Shown: positions 35,095-43,781, numbered from the stretch's first letter. The stretch: DNA of 64,000 nucleotides from Mucilaginibacter sp. (GCF_025359345.1 NZ_JANYGQ010000023.1:616-64615); one strand, 5' to 3'. Notes: generated from the sequence alone by a model not told the origin. Numbers and translations are program-made.

Positions 35095-36054
35095 ATGGAA
35101 ACTATCAAAATTGCTACCGCCCAGTTTGAGCACAAAAGCGGTGATAAAAACTACAACCTTTCAATTATTAAAAAGCTGGCGCAACGGGCAAGCGCGGCAG
35201 GGGCAAACGTTATTGCCTTTCACGAATGTTGCATAACAGGTTACACCTTTGCCCGCGAACTTTCAAAATCCCAAATGCTGGAGCTTGCGGAAGAACTGAC
35301 CTGCAGCCCCAGTGTTGAAGCACTGCGGCAAATTGCAGCCGAATTTGATATTACCATATTGGCGGGCCTCTTCGAAAGGGATGTTGAAGGCAACCTGTAC
35401 AAACCTTACATATGCATTGATAAAACCGGGCTGGTTGCAAGCCACCGCAAGCTGCACCCCTTCATAAACCCGTACTTGACTCCCGGCAACAGCTATACCG
35501 TTTTTGATTTGTACGGGTGGAAATGTGGCATACTGATTTGCTACGATAACAACGTGATCGAAAATGTAAGGGCAACAGCCCTGCTTGGCGCCGATATTAT
35601 TTTTATGCCCCACGTTACTATGTGCACGCCGTCAACCCGGCCCGGTGCGGGGTTTGTAGATGCTGAGCTATGGAAAGATAAGGAAGTCAATGCCGGAATT
35701 TTACGCGCCGAATTTGACGGCCCCAAAGGTCGTGAGTGGCTAATGAAATGGTTACCAGCCCGCGCGTATGACAACGCGATATACGCCATATTCTCCAATG
35801 CTATTGGTATGGACCACGACCAGCTGAAAAACGGTCGCTCCATGATTATCGACCCATTTGGCGAAGTTATAGCTGAATGCCGCACCATGGACGACAGCCT
35901 TGTTATTGCCGAAATAACTGCCGATAAATTAACCCAGGCCGGGGGCTACCGCTATAGAAAAGCCCGCAGGCCCGATTTGTATAAGGACATTATTGGTAAA
36001 GCACATACCAGTGAGCAGAAAGTGGTTTGGCTGAATATGGGGAAGGAAGGCTAG
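35095..36054 (+). CDS. carbon-nitrogen hydrolase (nitrilase superfamily)
   Basis: Glu-Lys-Cys triad contexts AFHECC, HRKLHPF, ILICYDN. Confidence 0.88.
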   Translation: METIKIATAQFEHKSGDKNYNLSIIKKLAQRASAAGANVIAFHECCITGYTFARELSKSQMLELAEELTCSPSVEALRQIAAEFDITILAGLFERDVEGNLYKPYICIDKTGLVASHRKLHPFINPYLTPGNSYTVFDLYGWKCGILICYDNNVIENVRATALLGADIIFMPHVTMCTPSTRPGAGFVDAELWKDKEVNAGILRAEFDGPKGREWLMKWLPARAYDNAIYAIFSNAIGMDHDQLKNGRSMIIDPFGEVIAECRTMDDSLVIAEITADKLTQAGGYRYRKARRPDLYKDIIGKAHTSEQKVVWLNMGKEG

Positions 36055-36112
36055 GGCCACAGCCCACGGCTGTATTATAGTCTCGAATATGGTTAAAGGA
36101 TATTTTATTACA

Positions 36113-36922
36113 TCAACCCAAATAAAACTTCGGCCTCCGGTCGTTCAACAGATCGTTATAAGCGTTAAAAAATTTATCCCTGGTTAGTAAAGGATCTATT
36201 TCGAGAGTTATTACGTGCTGCTCAGTTTTGTCAGCCTGTTCAATGGGCTCTCCGGTGAAGTTATAAAGTACCGAGCCGCCGGTAAAGGTTAATGATTGTG
36301 TGCTGCCGTCGTCCATTTGCCGGGTTTCGGTGCCGCAGCGGTTGGCAACTGCTACATAAACTTTATTTTCCAAAGCCCGCGCAGCCATGCCAATTCCCCA
36401 CACATTCGACACTAAGTTCGACGGGCAGGCGATGATATCCGCTCCCAGCAGTGTAAGGCTGCGGGCAGCCTCGGGGTACCGCCAGTCGTTGCAGATCATG
36501 ATTCCCACTTTACAATCTTTTAGCGGGTGGTCGACGATGAAAAATCCTGAGTTGCCTTCGCTAAAACATACCTTTTCGCGGAAGAACAGGTGGGTTTTAC
36601 GGTACACCTTCAGTTCCCCGCCGGGCAAAGCAATCAATGCCGAATTGTATACTTTTTCGCCATCCCGCTCGGCAAAGCCGGCTATCACCATAGCTTTATG
36701 TTCGTTAGCCAGTTGTTTAAAAAAAGCAATGCTTTCGCCATCCAGCCCTTCGGATGCAGTTAGTGCTTCTGCCTGGTTTAAAAAGGAGTAACCCGTAGTG
36801 CAAAGCTCGGGCAGCAGTATAATATCAGTTTCAACACCATTCAGCAAACCGGCAATGTGCTGCAGGTTTTTAGCGGGGGCGCCAAATTCGGGGGTAAATT
36901 GCACAAGGCTGATCTTTAGCAT
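36113..36922 (-). CDS. carbon-nitrogen hydrolase family protein
   Basis: Triad contexts LPELCTTGY, YRKTHLF, IMICNDW. Confidence 0.88.
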   Translation of the reverse strand: MLKISLVQFTPEFGAPAKNLQHIAGLLNGVETDIILLPELCTTGYSFLNQAEALTASEGLDGESIAFFKQLANEHKAMVIAGFAERDGEKVYNSALIALPGGELKVYRKTHLFFREKVCFSEGNSGFFIVDHPLKDCKVGIMICNDWRYPEAARSLTLLGADIIACPSNLVSNVWGIGMAARALENKVYVAVANRCGTETRQMDDGSTQSLTFTGGSVLYNFTGEPIEQADKTEQHVITLEIDPLLTRDKFFNAYNDLLNDRRPKFYLG

Positions 36923-36958
36923 AGGGCTTAATTAAATTGAATGTAAAAGTATTATTTT

Positions 36959-37573
36959 CTACCCATCATTAACAACCTTGCGCCGCTTCCATATCCTAAA
37001 GTTTAGTGTAAATGTTTTCTTTTGTATAAGCGTGCGCCAGTCGATAAACAAAACCGCGCCCAAAAAAAGCAGCCAAACAATCAAACTGGCAATCGATTTC
37101 CACGAAACGGTATCGAACATTGTATCGATGTGCTCCGAGGCATACTTACCTAAATTAACGGTAATGGCGTCGCTGGTGAATTTGCCCACAAAAAATGCCG
37201 GAATAATATACAGCGGGCGGATTTTTGCAATGCCGCCCGCCAGGAACAGCGGCGTTGTGGGGAGTGGCAATAAGGAATAAGCTACAATGCCCATTTGCCC
37301 TTTCCAGCCCTTTTCCTTCATTTTTTCGCCAAGGAACTGGATGTCCTCATTCTTTGATTTTTTAAAGATGCCACCAGCCAGCAGCGGGATATAAAGCGTA
37401 AGTACATACCTGCCTAAAATTGAACCCGCAACGCCAATTATAATAACCGTCCAGATGTTTAACCCATACATTATTTGGAAAAAGATCATAATAGTGAAGG
37501 CGGGCGGGAACGGAATGGCCACCACATCAAATATAAACGACCCCAAAAAAACCAAAGCGTACTGCCACCACAT
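36959..37573 (-). CDS. membrane protein, VTT/DedA(SNARE-associated)-like
   Basis: About 5 TM helices. Loose resemblance to the YqaA/VTT family. Confidence 0.5.
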   Translation of the reverse strand: MWWQYALVFLGSFIFDVVAIPFPPAFTIMIFFQIMYGLNIWTVIIIGVAGSILGRYVLTLYIPLLAGGIFKKSKNEDIQFLGEKMKEKGWKGQMGIVAYSLLPLPTTPLFLAGGIAKIRPLYIIPAFFVGKFTSDAITVNLGKYASEHIDTMFDTVSWKSIASLIVWLLFLGAVLFIDWRTLIQKKTFTLNFRIWKRRKVVNDG

Positions 37574-37859
37574 ATTTATTTATTTTTATAACCGGTTATT
37601 AACCGAAAAATGAGAATCGGTTTGTTACCGAAGGTACGACCACGAGCGGATTAGTTAAGTGACGGGCGTCATTTTAACATTTGTGGTGCATCACAAATTA
37701 CCCTTTAATGATCTTCATGGTTGTGACGGTTAGGAATAACAAATTACGGAATTTTAACGGAGATTATAAGCATCAACGTAAACGGAAACCGACGCTAAAG
37801 TGTAAAGCTATACCGATATTATAGTATAATTTTATGTTCCTGTTCACAGTGAAACACAA

Positions 37860-38071
37860 GGAACAGGGTGGAACAGTGAAAGGTCATCCCGGGATGCTAA
37901 AAACACGGTTCCTGCATCAGTAACGCGGTTTTTTATAATCTGCCATGCCAAAAAACGTGAAAAGTACTGACAAATTGGTGTCAGCACTTTTCGTGAAAAC
38001 TTGCGCCAGTACCTTATTCGCAGGTTACACGCCTGCAAAGCGTTCCATTTTTCCGCGGAACGGGTGGAACA
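37860..38071 (+). repeat. pair of iteron-like direct repeats GGAAC(A)GGGTGGAACA within a GGAAC/GTTCC-rich intergenic region
   Basis: GGAACAGGGTGGAACA at 37860-37875 and GGAACGGGTGGAACA at 38057-38071. Additional GGAAC/GTTCC copies at ~37836, 37906, 38042, 38076 and 38193. Confidence 0.6.
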
Positions 38072-38169
38072 CTATGGAACATACTGATTATCAGATATTT
38101 TAGTTTTTACTAAAATGTAAGTATCTGATAATTAAGTGTTATGTGATTTCATGTTTTTGGATGTTTTTT

Positions 38170-38221
38170 TGTAATTTATTTATAATCAGCGTGTTCCACT
38201 TTTTGAGTTGATTGCAATGGC
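38170..38221 (+). repeat. 52-bp direct repeat, copy 1 (partner at 40018-40071)
   Basis: TGTAATTTATTTATAATCAGCGTGTTCCACTTTTTGAGTTGATTGCAATGGC versus TGTAATTTGTTTGTAATCAATGTGTTCCGCTTTTTTGGGTTGATTAAAATTGGC, about 80 percent identity by eye. Confidence 0.65.
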
Positions 38222-38302
38222 TTCTAAAGTATATTTTCTTTATGCAATTTATTTCGGGAAAATTGTAACCCTTGTCTTAAAAGAAACGTCTTACACACAA
38301 CT

Positions 38303-39595
38303 ATGAAATTCTTTTACATTATCGCGATTGCCATTTCTTTCCCGGTTTTTGTTCAGGCACAGCAGCAACCTAACACCATTGTCTACACCTCAGATATTGA
38401 TAGGTTTTGGACGGCCTTCGACAGTGTACGCACCACAAGTGATACAGCAAAGCAAGTTCAATTTATCCGGCAACTCTACGTAGATAAAGGTACTGAAGGC
38501 TTGAAGGCATTTATGCAAGCACGCGACTACGATGCTAAATTGTGGGTCGAACTCATAAATAAATATCCTAAATTCTGGCAAAGTATTAAAACCAATACGT
38601 TGTCGGTGAAGGGCCAGGTAAATTTAATTACTAGCGGCGTTCAAACATTAAAAGAAATGTATCCCGAAATGCGGCCGGCTAAAATGTACTTCACCATTGG
38701 CGGCTTGCGTTCGGGCGGTACCACTACAGGCGACATGGTTTTAGTTGGCGCGGAAATAGCGACTGCTGATAAAAATACTGATGCTTCAGAACTTGGTGAC
38801 TGGTTGAAAAATGTTTTTAAAAATCAACAAAGTTCCAACCTTGTTAGCCTGAATATTCATGAATATGTGCATACTCAACAGAAAGGCGGAAGCAACACGG
38901 TACTCGCGCAATGTATAAAAGAGGGCGCCGCAGATTTTATTGCAGAACTCGTAACAAAAACCCCCAATAATAGCGCTTATGCAATCTATGGCAGGGAACA
39001 CGAAAAGGAATTGAAGCAAAAATTCAGCATTGATATGTTTAGTACTGCCACCAGCCTTTGGTTGTATAATGGTTCTAACAGCTCCCATGCGGACCTGGGC
39101 TACTTTATAGGCTATGCAATTTGCAAGGCCTATTATCAACAACAATCAAACAAAAAACAAGCTATCAGGAACATAATAGAGTTGGATTATAGCAATGAGC
39201 AACAGGTAGTCGATTTCTGCAATCAGTCGGGGTATTTTAAGGAACCAGTCAACAAGCAGCAGTCGTTAGCCGAATTTGAAAAATTACAACCTTCTGTTTT
39301 AAGCATATATCCGGCTATCAATTCACAAAAGAATGTCCCGGCAACCCTAACTGAGCTCACTTTCAACTTTTCTGAACCAATGGGTAAGGGGGTGTCTATT
39401 TCTTTCGGCGAAGGAGGCAAAGAACATTTCCCTTTGACCGATGTAATTGGCTTTGCAGATGATATGAAGTCGTTTAAAGTCAAGCTTTCATTACAGCCGG
39501 GAAAAAGCTATAATTTAAAACTTACCGGCAAAGGCTTTAAATCTCAAAATGGCTATCCGCTAAAAGAGTATAGGGTGCAGTTTGAAGTGCAATAA
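38303..39595 (+). CDS. secreted HExxH-motif protein (putative metallopeptidase-like) with C-terminal Ig-like domain
   Basis: Signal peptide. HEYVH motif in NIHEYVHTQQKG. C-terminal ~100 aa resemble SbsA-type Ig-like domains (IYPAINSQKNVPATLTELTFNFSEPM). Confidence 0.55.
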   Translation: MKFFYIIAIAISFPVFVQAQQQPNTIVYTSDIDRFWTAFDSVRTTSDTAKQVQFIRQLYVDKGTEGLKAFMQARDYDAKLWVELINKYPKFWQSIKTNTLSVKGQVNLITSGVQTLKEMYPEMRPAKMYFTIGGLRSGGTTTGDMVLVGAEIATADKNTDASELGDWLKNVFKNQQSSNLVSLNIHEYVHTQQKGGSNTVLAQCIKEGAADFIAELVTKTPNNSAYAIYGREHEKELKQKFSIDMFSTATSLWLYNGSNSSHADLGYFIGYAICKAYYQQQSNKKQAIRNIIELDYSNEQQVVDFCNQSGYFKEPVNKQQSLAEFEKLQPSVLSIYPAINSQKNVPATLTELTFNFSEPMGKGVSISFGEGGKEHFPLTDVIGFADDMKSFKVKLSLQPGKSYNLKLTGKGFKSQNGYPLKEYRVQFEVQ

Positions 39596-39730
39596 TCTCA
39601 GGTTTATAAATGCCGCTTATATTTTTAGGGGAAACCTTATTACAATTGAACCAGCCCGTTCAAGATTGGCGCTGCTATACCGACTTTTTGTCCTCCGCCC
39701 GCTTAAATTTTTCCTCTCCTCTTCTCAGGC

Positions 39731-40002
39731 GCGTGAGTATGCAGCACAGAGGCCTTTAGAGGTGGCGTACTCGTGCCCCGCGTTTAGGTAGCCAGCGTTT
39801 ATATAGCCCGGTTTATAACAAAGAGGACTACTTTATTTAAACGAATTTGTCAGACCAAAGTAAAACCGTAGCTTTAACTCGAGGGGTGCTAAGGAGCATA
39901 ATTTAATAGACGTTCTTTTAATTGAACTGCAAATAATGTAAACCAAATGTTCATCGTGTCACGAGTACCCCACCTCTAAAGGCCTGCGCTGCATACTCAC
40001 GC
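39731..40002. mobile_element. MITE-like element: ~44-bp terminal inverted repeats flanking a ~185-bp non-coding core
   Basis: Left arm GCGTGAGTATGCAGCACAGAGGCCTTTAGAGGTGGCGTACTCGTG (39731-39775). The reverse complement of 39960-40002 is GCGTGAGTATGCAGCGCAGGCCTTTAGAGGTGGGGTACTCGTG. Confidence 0.6.
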
Positions 40003-40017
40003 CAGAAGGGGTGTTGA

Positions 40018-40071
40018 TGTAATTTGTTTGTAATCAATGTGTTCCGCTTTTTTGGGTTGATTAAAATTGGC
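40018..40071 (+). repeat. 52-bp direct repeat, copy 2 (partner at 38170-38221)
   Basis: See copy 1. It lies 16 nt after the MITE-like right arm. Confidence 0.65.
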
Positions 40072-40076
40072 GGTTA

Positions 40077-40127
40077 CTGGAGACAAAGTCTCCAGGCATA
40101 GTCGTCCGTAGTTTCTAAACTACGGAC
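40077..40127. repeat. two adjacent short perfect hairpins
   Basis: CTGGAGAC aaa GTCTCCAG (40077-40095) and GTCCGTAGTTT ct AAACTACGGAC (40104-40127). Confidence 0.6.
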
Positions 40128-40246
40128 AGCGGGAGTTTTTGATTCGATAAAATATCGTTAAATAAGAAAATCGTTTGTTTCCAGGTAGTGCTGGTTCGAG
40201 TTCGAGAAACATTGTTACTGAAAAATACTCAAAATATGATTCTCAA

Positions 40247-41020
40247 TTAGCTCCAAATCATTTTATAATTTGGAACTAAAGGCGTTTCAATGTAAAACAA
40301 TTCACCGTCTATCTCAAACTCCACTTCCAGGTTTTCAAGATTTGAGATTCGAACCGCATCATCTGATGTTAAAGCATTACCATCTATGATGGTATCGCCT
40401 TTTAAAACATAAAACGTATAACTACTATTTTTATTTAATTGTAAATTATACCTACCTTTTTTATCGAAAAAAAGGCGTTTGATTGATAAGCCCGGGGTAA
40501 GCACATTGGCAATACTTCCTTTTCCGACATAAATAATTGTTTTAATTCCATTTTCAATTATCGGTTTAAAATCTTTGCTATGATAATCTGTATATGATGG
40601 CGCTTTTTTTACTGCTTCATTAAAATTAGGATCAAACCAAATTTGGAAGTTTCGTGTTCCCTTAGTAATTCTCTCCTGGTGCTGAATTCCACTATTTGAT
40701 TGAATAACTTGAAAATCTCCTTTTTCTAATGGTGTCCAAACTTTTGTTGCCGTGTCGTAATGTGCTACATTTCCTTCTAAAATAAAAGTCATTATTTCAA
40801 ACCCTTCGTGCGGATGCAATCCAAACTCACATTTGTCAATTGCCCGTGCGTGACTCCAATAAAATAGACTGGAATATGGTTTAACATTATCTTTGACTCC
40901 ATTAGCTACTGGTTTGTTTGCAATAAAATTACCATTGAATATTGTTCTATTAAACTGGTCTTCTTTTTTTAATAACTGTATCATTTTTATCTCCTTTTTT
41001 AATGTTGTGGCATACAACAT
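40247..41020 (-). CDS. pirin family protein
   Basis: Pirin metal motif HPHEGFEIMTFILEG..H.D. An alternative ATG at 40984 would give 245 aa. Confidence 0.85.
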   Translation of the reverse strand: MLYATTLKKEIKMIQLLKKEDQFNRTIFNGNFIANKPVANGVKDNVKPYSSLFYWSHARAIDKCEFGLHPHEGFEIMTFILEGNVAHYDTATKVWTPLEKGDFQVIQSNSGIQHQERITKGTRNFQIWFDPNFNEAVKKAPSYTDYHSKDFKPIIENGIKTIIYVGKGSIANVLTPGLSIKRLFFDKKGRYNLQLNKNSSYTFYVLKGDTIIDGNALTSDDAVRISNLENLEVEFEIDGELFYIETPLVPNYKMIWS

Positions 41021-41063
41021 TGGTAATGGACTTAAGCCGTATTATATAATGACAATAGCGGTT

Positions 41064-41098
41064 TAAAAAAATGGTTGCTTTTTCAGGAGCAACCATTT
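41064..41098 (-). terminator. rho-independent terminator of the isochorismatase-family gene
   Basis: Minus strand reads ATGGTTGCT cctgaaaa AGCAACCAT followed by TTTTTTT. Confidence 0.7.
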
Positions 41099-41145
41099 CT
41101 TATTGATTTGGTATTTAATGTATCATTAGGATACAGGGCCCCCAA

Positions 41146-41871
41146 TTATTTTTCTGATTTAGCAACTTCCTGGGCTTTATAGTATTGTTCGATAACAGCC
41201 TGGAAATTAGGCACCATATCTGCCAGCAGTTTGGCAAAATCGCCGGCTTCTTTCCTTCTCCAGTCTTTCATCAATTCAGGAAGCACGGCGCCACAGGTTA
41301 CCGGGATAGCGCCTGCCTGGGTTAAGCGGAGCATAGCCAGGTTATGAGCTTCAGGGGTGATATCTCCACTGGCATCAGCAACTGCATAAACAGTATAGCC
41401 TTCTCCAAGGGCAGACAAGGCAGGATACACTACACATACGCTGGTCCACATACCGGAGATAATAAGAGTCTTCTTACCTGTAGCTTTAACTGCATTAACG
41501 AATTCTTTGCTATCCCAGGCGTTAATTTCTCCCTGTCGGATAACATACTTTGCATTTGGTGCATTGTCTTTTACCTCAGGAAGTGTAGGACCGTTTGGTC
41601 CTGTCGGAACGGATGCGGTATAAATGGCAGGGATATGCAACAATTGGGATGCTTTCGCAAGAGTGGCAAGATTTTTCCTTAATTCTCCAACCGGCATACT
41701 GTGGACGGTTTGAACTAAACCACTTTGATGGTCGACAAATAAGAAAACAGCATCATCCGGATTGATCAGTGTAGTTTTTTTCTGCTGTGCGTTAGATACT
41801 GTAAAACTCACGCTTAAAACGAATATGATCGATAGCGCTTTTAGAACTGATGATTTGATTAATTTTTTCAT
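41146..41871 (-). CDS. isochorismatase-family cysteine hydrolase with signal peptide
   Basis: LFVDHQSG (Asp) and MWTSVCV (nucleophile Cys) contexts. N-terminal signal peptide. Confidence 0.85.
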   Translation of the reverse strand: MKKLIKSSVLKALSIIFVLSVSFTVSNAQQKKTTLINPDDAVFLFVDHQSGLVQTVHSMPVGELRKNLATLAKASQLLHIPAIYTASVPTGPNGPTLPEVKDNAPNAKYVIRQGEINAWDSKEFVNAVKATGKKTLIISGMWTSVCVVYPALSALGEGYTVYAVADASGDITPEAHNLAMLRLTQAGAIPVTCGAVLPELMKDWRRKEAGDFAKLLADMVPNFQAVIEQYYKAQEVAKSEK

Positions 41872-41977
41872 AAATTTATTTTAAAAAGTTATCGTTATTT
41901 AATAACACAAAATTAGAACGTCGCATGCGTCAGTGAAATAACGTACCTTATTGAATTGACTTAACCTAGATTAAGAA

Positions 41978-42595
41978 ATGACTAAATTTACCCAGATTAC
42001 TGATCCAAAATTTGACACCGCCTCACTCGAAAATCATGTTAAAACCTATGTGAGTTTGAGCGAGGATGAAGTCTTGGCGCTAAATTCCCTGGCTCAGTAT
42101 AAAAAGGTAAAAAAGAATCAATACCTCATCCATGAGGGTGGAATAGCAGCCATCAGTTGCTATGTATTGAGCGGGTGCCTTAGGACTTACCTATTAGACA
42201 ATAAAGGGATAGAACACATTCTTGGATTTGCAACGCCTGGCTGGTGGACAGGAAGTTTGCAAAACTTCTACAATGACAAACCAAGCCAACTGAACATCCA
42301 GGCCATAGTTGATACGGAAATCTTATTCTTTACAAAGGAGACTAAAGAAAAGTTGTTTTTGTCAGGTGCAGTCTTCGAAAGATACTTCCGGATTTTGACT
42401 GAACGTTCATTAATTGATTTTCAGGCACGCACGATGGAAATTCTCAGTCTCAGTGCAGAAGAGCGATATTGGAATTTCTATAACAAATATCCCGACCTGA
42501 TGATGAAATTGCCACAAAAGTACATCGCCGGTTATATAGGCGTCACACCTGAATTCTTAAGCAAGATGAAAAGCAATGGCTTACGAAAGCCGTAA
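41978..42595 (+). CDS. Crp/Fnr family transcriptional regulator
   Basis: cNMP-binding beta-roll region plus C-terminal HTH YIAGYIGVTPEFLSKM. Confidence 0.88.
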   Translation: MTKFTQITDPKFDTASLENHVKTYVSLSEDEVLALNSLAQYKKVKKNQYLIHEGGIAAISCYVLSGCLRTYLLDNKGIEHILGFATPGWWTGSLQNFYNDKPSQLNIQAIVDTEILFFTKETKEKLFLSGAVFERYFRILTERSLIDFQARTMEILSLSAEERYWNFYNKYPDLMMKLPQKYIAGYIGVTPEFLSKMKSNGLRKP

Positions 42596-42890
42596 TCTTG
42601 AAATCCTGGATAAAAAAAGAGGCTGTCTCAAAAAAGCTTCTTTTTTATGGAACAAAACCATTTTCTAAGACAAATTGACCCTGCTGTTCGAAGTTCTGTG
42701 ACTTCGAACGATTATGCCTGTAGTCTCTGACAACAGGGAACCGTCAGACTTCGACAGATGTCAGACGATAATAAAACTTATATCATTGCGAAAAGCGCCT
42801 GCTCCCGCAAGCGTTTTTCTTTTTACGCTGCCGCAAGCCCGCTTGCGGCCCGCTGACAAGTAACAAAGCGGCAGGTAGCAAACTATTTAA

Positions 42891-43432
42891 TCAATTATCA
42901 CCTTTACCAATCCCTTTATCCCCGCAATAATCACGCGCGCTACTGTATAAATATTCAAAGTCGTTTTCAACAAAGCCGGCTTCTACAGGCTTATTGTGCG
43001 TATAATCAACTTTTTGCTGAAAAACCGCTTCGGTACATCAATCAATCGGCTGGTTATGTTGCTGCCAAAACTGATTTTTTGAATTGTTTGAGTTAGCTAC
43101 CCCTGCTTTTTTAAAGGAATTCAACAGCCATTCGCGCCGGCTTCCTGTTGGTTTTCTTCAATAAGTTTTATCAGCTTTCGCGATGTATATGACTTAAACC
43201 CGCCGATCAAATCTTCCGGTTTCTCGGTTGCCGACCGGAAAACTAAATGAATATGGCTGGGCATTATGCACCAGGCATATATTTCCATTCCCTTTTTATC
43301 TACGCATTGGTTCAGGCTTTCAACTATGCAATCAAATTATAACCTGCGCACAAACACATCAACCCAAAATACGGTGGCAAAACTTACAAAATATATCCCC
43401 TCTGGGTTAGGGAATTTATAGTTACGGCTCAG
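42891..43432 (-). pseudogene. REP-associated tyrosine transposase (RAYT, IS200/IS605 Y1 HUH family), decayed
   Basis: Minus-strand translation: (CTG)SRNYKFPNPEGIYFVSFATVFWVDVFVRRL*FDCIVESLNQCVDKKGMEIYAWCIMPSHIHLVFR...EENQQE, then a frameshift, then SRREWLLNSFKKAG...QQHNQPID*CTEAVFQQKVDYTHNKPVEAGFVENDFEYLYSSARDY. HUH (HIH) and catalytic Tyr regions are present. Start codon lost, two in-frame stops, one frameshift. Confidence 0.78.
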
Positions 43433-43507
43433 GCTTTAAAGCTACAAATTCTGTGTCATAAAAATAGTCCGCTTTGATTGTAAAGCGGGCTACCTGGATG
43501 ATGTTAA

Positions 43508-43538
43508 GAACGCTGGCTACCTAAACGCCGGCCACAAG
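43508..43538. repeat. 31-nt segment, inverted partial copy of 39766-39798 (inner extension of the MITE-like left arm)
   Basis: AACGCTGGCTACCTAAACGCCGGCCACAAGC versus the reverse complement of 39766-39798, AACGCTGGCTACCTAAACGCGGGGCACGAGT. The first 20 of 21 positions are identical. It lies 75 nt from the RAYT pseudogene 5' end. Confidence 0.55.
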
Positions 43539-43622
43539 CGAGGACGTATGCGGCAGCGAAGCAAATGGTTTACGGGGCTTTCTTGTGCAATAAATATACG
43601 AAAAAGCGGTAACTTTACATCA

Positions 43623-43781
43623 ATGGAAAAGCAAAAGAAAGAACCCATATTTCTTGAAAGGGGTGACGGGCTAGGCTGGACTTTGAATTTTGACCGACTA
43701 ATTTCTTATTTCATATTGTTCGGTTTTATAGCATTGATAATAGGTTTTGGCATTTATTGCACATTTTATATAAAGGGATAA
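43623..43781 (+). CDS. hypothetical small membrane protein (52 aa)
   Basis: MEKQKKEPIFLERGDGLGWTLNFDRL followed by one TM helix. AT-rich. Weak support. Confidence 0.3.
   Translation: MEKQKKEPIFLERGDGLGWTLNFDRLISYFILFGFIALIIGFGIYCTFYIKG

Noticed and set aside
37844-38038. 64-aa minus-strand ORF in the long 37.6-38.3 kb intergenic region.
   Set aside because: Its composition is Arg/Cys/Trp-rich, it spans the large palindrome, and it has no start context or motif. It is more likely non-coding regulatory or repeat DNA.
40193-40206. GGTTCGAGTTCGAG, reminiscent of a tRNA T-arm (GGTTCGAATCC). Considered as a tRNA or tRNA-derived att fragment.
   Set aside because: No complementary T-stem, acceptor stem or anticodon arm can be drawn around it. 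I found no tRNA-like cloverleaf in any intergenic region of the window.
43228-43410. 60-aa plus-strand ORF within the RAYT pseudogene region.
   Set aside because: It is antisense to a clearly recognisable though decayed transposase reading frame, and its translation has no motif.
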